DNA from: Candidatus Sulfobium sp.
Lineage (GTDB): Bacteria; Nitrospirota; Thermodesulfovibrionia; Thermodesulfovibrionales; UBA6898
Assembly (NCBI GenBank): GCA_037380845.1
Contig: JARRRI010000017.1
Span: 58,271 to 81,143 of the forward strand
DNA: 22,873 nt
Direction: 5' to 3'
In this document: positions 19,481 to 22,873 of the stretch, in pieces
How the letters are laid out: the number at the start of each line of letters is the position of its first letter
Numbering within the stretch: the stretch's first letter is position 1
Translations under genes and position numbers: made by a program
The notes under the pieces: generated by a model
Told to the model about the DNA's origin: nothing
Database searches by the model: none
Seen by the model: the letters and a program-made list of their open reading frames with translations, nothing else

Positions 19481-20707
19481 CTACAAGCCTTCAAACAGAC
19501 TTTTGAGTATGCTGAACCTCGACGGCCTTTTCACCCCCTCTTTCAAATCGGGGAGGGCCTTAAGTTCCTTTTCGCCGCCTTCTCCGGCGACTTTCACTGC
19601 AAGATCCCTTATCGCGGTGTTCAGTTCCGAATCCGGACTGTAAGAGTTGAAAGGGACCCCCTTGTTCAGGCATTTTATAGCCAGATCATAGGCATTCGGG
19701 ATTACAGAAAAGATTTCCCGGCCGATGATCTCCTCGGCATCCTTGAGACCTATGTCGCCTTTCTTATGGTACCTGTTGACGATCAACTTGACCCTGTTGC
19801 GCGAAATAGACCGTTCGAAATAGGAGAGGTGCCTCCGGACATTCTTGATGCCTGGAAGACTGAGCACGAAAGGAAGCAGCAGGAGGTCGGACACTCTTAC
19901 AGCCGCCATGGTCCTCCTGTCCAGAACGGTTTGCGTATCGATGATGATATAGTCAAACATTTTTTTCAGCAGTTCGAGGACCTTCCCCAGTTCATCCTCC
20001 GAAATTGAAACGCCTTCTTCAACTCTATGAGGTTCGGCCAGAACAAAAATTCCTGAATCATGCCTGGTCACGACACTCTTGAGAAAACGTCTGTCAAGCC
20101 GGCTGATGTTCACGGTAACATCGCTTATGGTGTACGAAGGGCTGAGATTGAGAAAAGTGCTGACATCGCCCGCGCTGAGATCAAGGTCTACAAGGATGGT
20201 GGATTTGCCGGAAAGCTGGAAAATGTTCGCCGCGAGATTTATTGCAAGGGTCGTAACGCCCACTCCTCCCTTGGGACTGAAAAGAGCGCAGATGCGGCCC
20301 GTCTTGTCCTTCGGAACGGCTTCCAAACCCCATACCCTCTCCAGTTTCCGGAAAGCGGAGACAAGATCGGCTTCATTAATCGGCCTGAGGAGATATTCCG
20401 CCGCCCCGGCCCTCATTGCACTTAGAATTGTCTCGGTCGAAGAGTCATCGCAGACAGCAAATATACTCGTACCGGGAAAACGGTCAAGGACAGTACTGAT
20501 CTTCTTTATGTCAGCACCCTGTTCGCCACATATGTCCATAATGATAACAGAGGGCTTCTTCTTATGGATCATTTCGTAGCCAGTGTTGAAGTTTGAGGCA
20601 ACACCTTCGACGTCCACCGGAATATCAGACTTCCTGATGTACTGCACCATGGCATTTATGGAATTGACGTCAGTGTCAATGACCACTACCGACATTCCCT
20701 TCGGCAT
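19481..20707 (-). CDS. CpaE/TadZ-like protein (atypical receiver domain + MinD/ParA-like domain)
   Basis: Receiver-like N-terminus (IIMDI, AMRAGAAEYLLRP); degenerate deviant Walker A SPKGGVGVTT; LVDLDL..GD; FDYIIIDT; LIVNRY; IPN..NKGVP. Confidence 0.85.
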   Translation of the reverse strand: MPKGMSVVVIDTDVNSINAMVQYIRKSDIPVDVEGVASNFNTGYEMIHKKKPSVIIMDICGEQGADIKKISTVLDRFPGTSIFAVCDDSSTETILSAMRAGAAEYLLRPINEADLVSAFRKLERVWGLEAVPKDKTGRICALFSPKGGVGVTTLAINLAANIFQLSGKSTILVDLDLSAGDVSTFLNLSPSYTISDVTVNISRLDRRFLKSVVTRHDSGIFVLAEPHRVEEGVSISEDELGKVLELLKKMFDYIIIDTQTVLDRRTMAAVRVSDLLLLPFVLSLPGIKNVRRHLSYFERSISRNRVKLIVNRYHKKGDIGLKDAEEIIGREIFSVIPNAYDLAIKCLNKGVPFNSYSPDSELNTAIRDLAVKVAGEGGEKELKALPDLKEGVKRPSRFSILKSLFEGL

Positions 20708-20828
20708 ACGTACCCCCTTTGAGCGATTAATGCGTCAGCACCTTGAAGCCGCCCTCCCGCGTCATTTCGATAAGCCCGGAGGAGAAGTGACGGAGTGTAT
20801 TGCATCATGACACACTCCATTCAACCGC

Positions 20829-20857
20829 AGTCTATCATGCGAAAGGTGGCATGTCAA
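20829..20857 (-). promoter_or_regulatory. Sigma-70-type promoter of the cpaE-like gene
   Basis: TTGACA-N17-TAGACT with extended -10 TG; implies a leader of about 115 nt. Confidence 0.65.
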
Positions 20858-21017
20858 TCCATACTTTGGTACTAAATTAAAGTGGACTGAGAATCTAACG
20901 CCAGGTCAGAGTGCTGGTCCATAAGTTCATGCTTCGGGAGAGCGCCATACCCGATCGTGTCCCTGCCTTCGCGAAGAGGGCAAGTCATTTGTTCAACATG
21001 TCGGCAATGGAGACAGG

Positions 21018-21605
21018 CTATTTCTTCCCCGTCACGAAACTGTGGAAGGCCAGCACGGGACGCTCCCCGATCTGTAAGAACCCGGCCGCCTTCATCTGTC
21101 TTTCTATCGTTTCAGCCGTCACTCTAAACGAAAGCGGTGGTCCTTCGGGCGTATCCTCCCTCTTCCAGTCTATCACCGCCAGACTCCCGCCCTTCCGAAG
21201 CAGTCGATATGCCTCTTTCGTCATCTTCTCAGGTTCTTCGAGTTCGTGGTGAAGATTTATCATGTAAACCAGGTCGGCTATGCCGTCCGGAAGCGGGACT
21301 GAACTCTCTTCCATCTTTAAGGGGATAACCGAGTCCTTCAGTTCCCCGGGGAGGTTTTCCTTCATCCACTTCACCATAACGTCCAGCAAATCACAGGCGT
21401 ACGTTCTTCCGCCGCTCATCCTCCTGCTGAACTGAAATGCAAAAACACCCGTGCCGGCGCCGATGTCCACAATCGTCCGGGGATTTTCCAGATTAAGGGT
21501 ATCCCAAATCACATCCGGGTCCAGGTATTCAAGTCTCTTCGGATCGTTGAGTTTCGCCAGCTTCTGGGGGTCGAATTTCTTTGATTCCAAGGGATTAATT
21601 GTCAT
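21018..21605 (-). CDS. Class I SAM-dependent methyltransferase
   Basis: Motif I IVDIGAGTG, ADLV..LHHEL, LRKGGSLAVIDW, GPP; ATGA overlap with the upstream regulator. Confidence 0.9.
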   Translation of the reverse strand: MTINPLESKKFDPQKLAKLNDPKRLEYLDPDVIWDTLNLENPRTIVDIGAGTGVFAFQFSRRMSGGRTYACDLLDVMVKWMKENLPGELKDSVIPLKMEESSVPLPDGIADLVYMINLHHELEEPEKMTKEAYRLLRKGGSLAVIDWKREDTPEGPPLSFRVTAETIERQMKAAGFLQIGERPVLAFHSFVTGKK

Positions 21606-22273
21606 CCGTCCCCTTTGAGTACATAACCGGTGCCCCTCACCGTGTGTATAAGTGCCTTATTGTAGCCCTTGTCTATCTTTTCTCTCAGGAACTTTATGTG
21701 GACGTCTACGATATTGGTGCTCGGGTCGAAATTATATCCCCACACATTTTCTATTATCTGCGTCCTGGACAGAACCCTGCCCTTGTTCCTGAGGAGATAC
21801 TCGATCATGGCAAACTCTTTCGGCGTCAGCAGGATCTCCTTTCCTCCCCTGTAGACCCTCCGTGCCAGGAGGTCAATCCTCAGATCTTCCAGCACCAGCT
21901 CGCTGGAAGAATCGGCAGAGCGCCTGAGCAGCGCCTTCAGCCTCGCCAGCAGTTCGGAAAAAGCGAAGGGCTTGGTAAGATAATCGTCGGCGCCGCTTTC
22001 GAGGCCTTCCACCTTGCTGTCCACGGAATCGATGGCCGTCAGCATCAAGACAGGTTTCTTCACCCCCTGCTCTCTCAGCTTACGGCACAAATCCATGCCG
22101 TTCATGCCCGGCAGCATAATATCAAATATCATGACGTCGTATTCACTCGAAGAGCCCATAAGGAGACCTTCGGCGCCGTCTTCCGCGACATCTACGGTAT
22201 AAAACTCTTCCTCCAGCCCCTTCTTTATGAAGGCGGCAACATTCTTCTCATCTTCTACCAGCAGTACTCTCAT
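21602..22273 (-). CDS. OmpR/PhoB-family response regulator (CusR/CzcR-like)
   Basis: VLLVEDE, DIMLPG, LTA, GADDYLTKPFAFSELLAR, LTPKEF, NIVDVHI..LREKID, IHTVRGTGY. Confidence 0.95.
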   Translation of the reverse strand: MRVLLVEDEKNVAAFIKKGLEEEFYTVDVAEDGAEGLLMGSSSEYDVMIFDIMLPGMNGMDLCRKLREQGVKKPVLMLTAIDSVDSKVEGLESGADDYLTKPFAFSELLARLKALLRRSADSSSELVLEDLRIDLLARRVYRGGKEILLTPKEFAMIEYLLRNKGRVLSRTQIIENVWGYNFDPSTNIVDVHIKFLREKIDKGYNKALIHTVRGTGYVLKGDG

Positions 22274-22312
22274 AATCTATATTATATCCGGAGGCAGGGA
22301 CAAAATTGTTGA

Positions 22313-22331
22313 AACAGGGGACGTCCCTGTT
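22313..22331 (-). terminator. Stem-loop, possible terminator for the MBL hydrolase gene
   Basis: Plus strand AACAGGG-GACGT-CCCTGTT (7-bp stem); imperfect U-tract. Confidence 0.35.
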
Positions 22332-22416
22332 GACGGCAAACCGTTCAGGTATCTCCCCCCCGAAAATGAACATGAGAAAGCCGGACTGTGATCGTTGCTG
22401 AGACCGGGACCGAGGG

Positions 22417-22873
22417 TCAGAGGCTTAGTATTCCTGTTGCACCCGACCTGCCCGCAACATGGAGAGGCATGTCCCTCCGGAGGATCTGGCGATGCCTCAG
22501 GACAGCTGTTTCAGGGCGGTTATTCTGTCCGGACAGATGAGAAAGGCATGCCCATTTCAGCCTTGTACAGGACCGAAGAAGTTCCGCTGCCTCGATATTT
22601 GAGATATGCCCTTCCGGACCTGCTATGCGTCTTTTCAGAGAAGCCGGATAAGGCCCCGCATCGAGCATCGACGGTTCATAATTGCTCTCTAAAAATACTG
22701 CGTCCATACCTGCCATTATATCTTCCAGGCCGGCGAAAACATGTCCCAGATCGGTCATTATCCCCAGTCGCTTGCCGCCCGCATCTATTACGAAGGCCGC
22801 CCCGTCCGCACCGTCATGAGGCGTGGGTACGGATTCGACCGATATTCCTCCGAATTGCAATGTCCCCCCCGCA
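22417..22873 (-). CDS. MBL-fold metallo-hydrolase (YycJ/PhnP-like), 5'-truncated by the window end
   Basis: PTPHDG, TDLGH, LESNY, GPYP..LKRRI, GHISN, LSHLSGQNN; frame stays open to the window edge. Confidence 0.88.
   Translation of the reverse strand, partial: AGGTLQFGGISVESVPTPHDGADGAAFVIDAGGKRLGIMTDLGHVFAGLEDIMAGMDAVFLESNYEPSMLDAGPYPASLKRRIAGPEGHISNIEAAELLRSCTRLKWACLSHLSGQNNRPETAVLRHRQILRRDMPLHVAGRSGATGILSL

Noticed and set aside
22335..22410. GGCAAACC resembling the start of a c-di-GMP-I (GEMM) riboswitch
   Set aside because: The following GAAA stem and GACGCAAAGC elements are absent, and it is on the strand opposite to the flanking genes.

Overview
Bacterial genomic window, mostly minus-strand. 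Gene style (split atp operon with two b subunits, Geobacter-like rSAM/TonB genes) suggests Nitrospirota or a Deltaproteobacteria-like anaerobe; this is an inference. The left 7.6 kb is the most interesting part: a co-oriented cassette of TonB-dependent receptor -> unannotated 33-aa Cys-Cys peptide (MKNRVKVLTEGMKTKDIALFACCAAGGGARMIK, absent from the ORF track, perfect SD) -> radical SAM/SPASM maturase -> stand-alone ABC-type substrate-binding protein -> HAMP histidine kinase -> sigma-54 (NtrC-family) response regulator. It looks like a RiPP ('geopeptide'-like) biosynthesis unit linked to an uptake/sensing pathway, i.e. a candidate peptide-signalling system in a diderm bacterium. The rest is mainly housekeeping: atpF'-F-H-A-G-D-C (no atpB/E), a CPA1 Na+/H+ antiporter, mutS2, an orphan encapsulin-type ferritin-like protein, mtnP-apt, an orphan CpaE/TadZ-like gene with a structured 5' leader, a methyltransferase coupled to an orphan OmpR/CusR-like regulator, and a partial MBL-fold hydrolase. 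No rRNA, tRNA, CRISPR array or mobile element was recognised.
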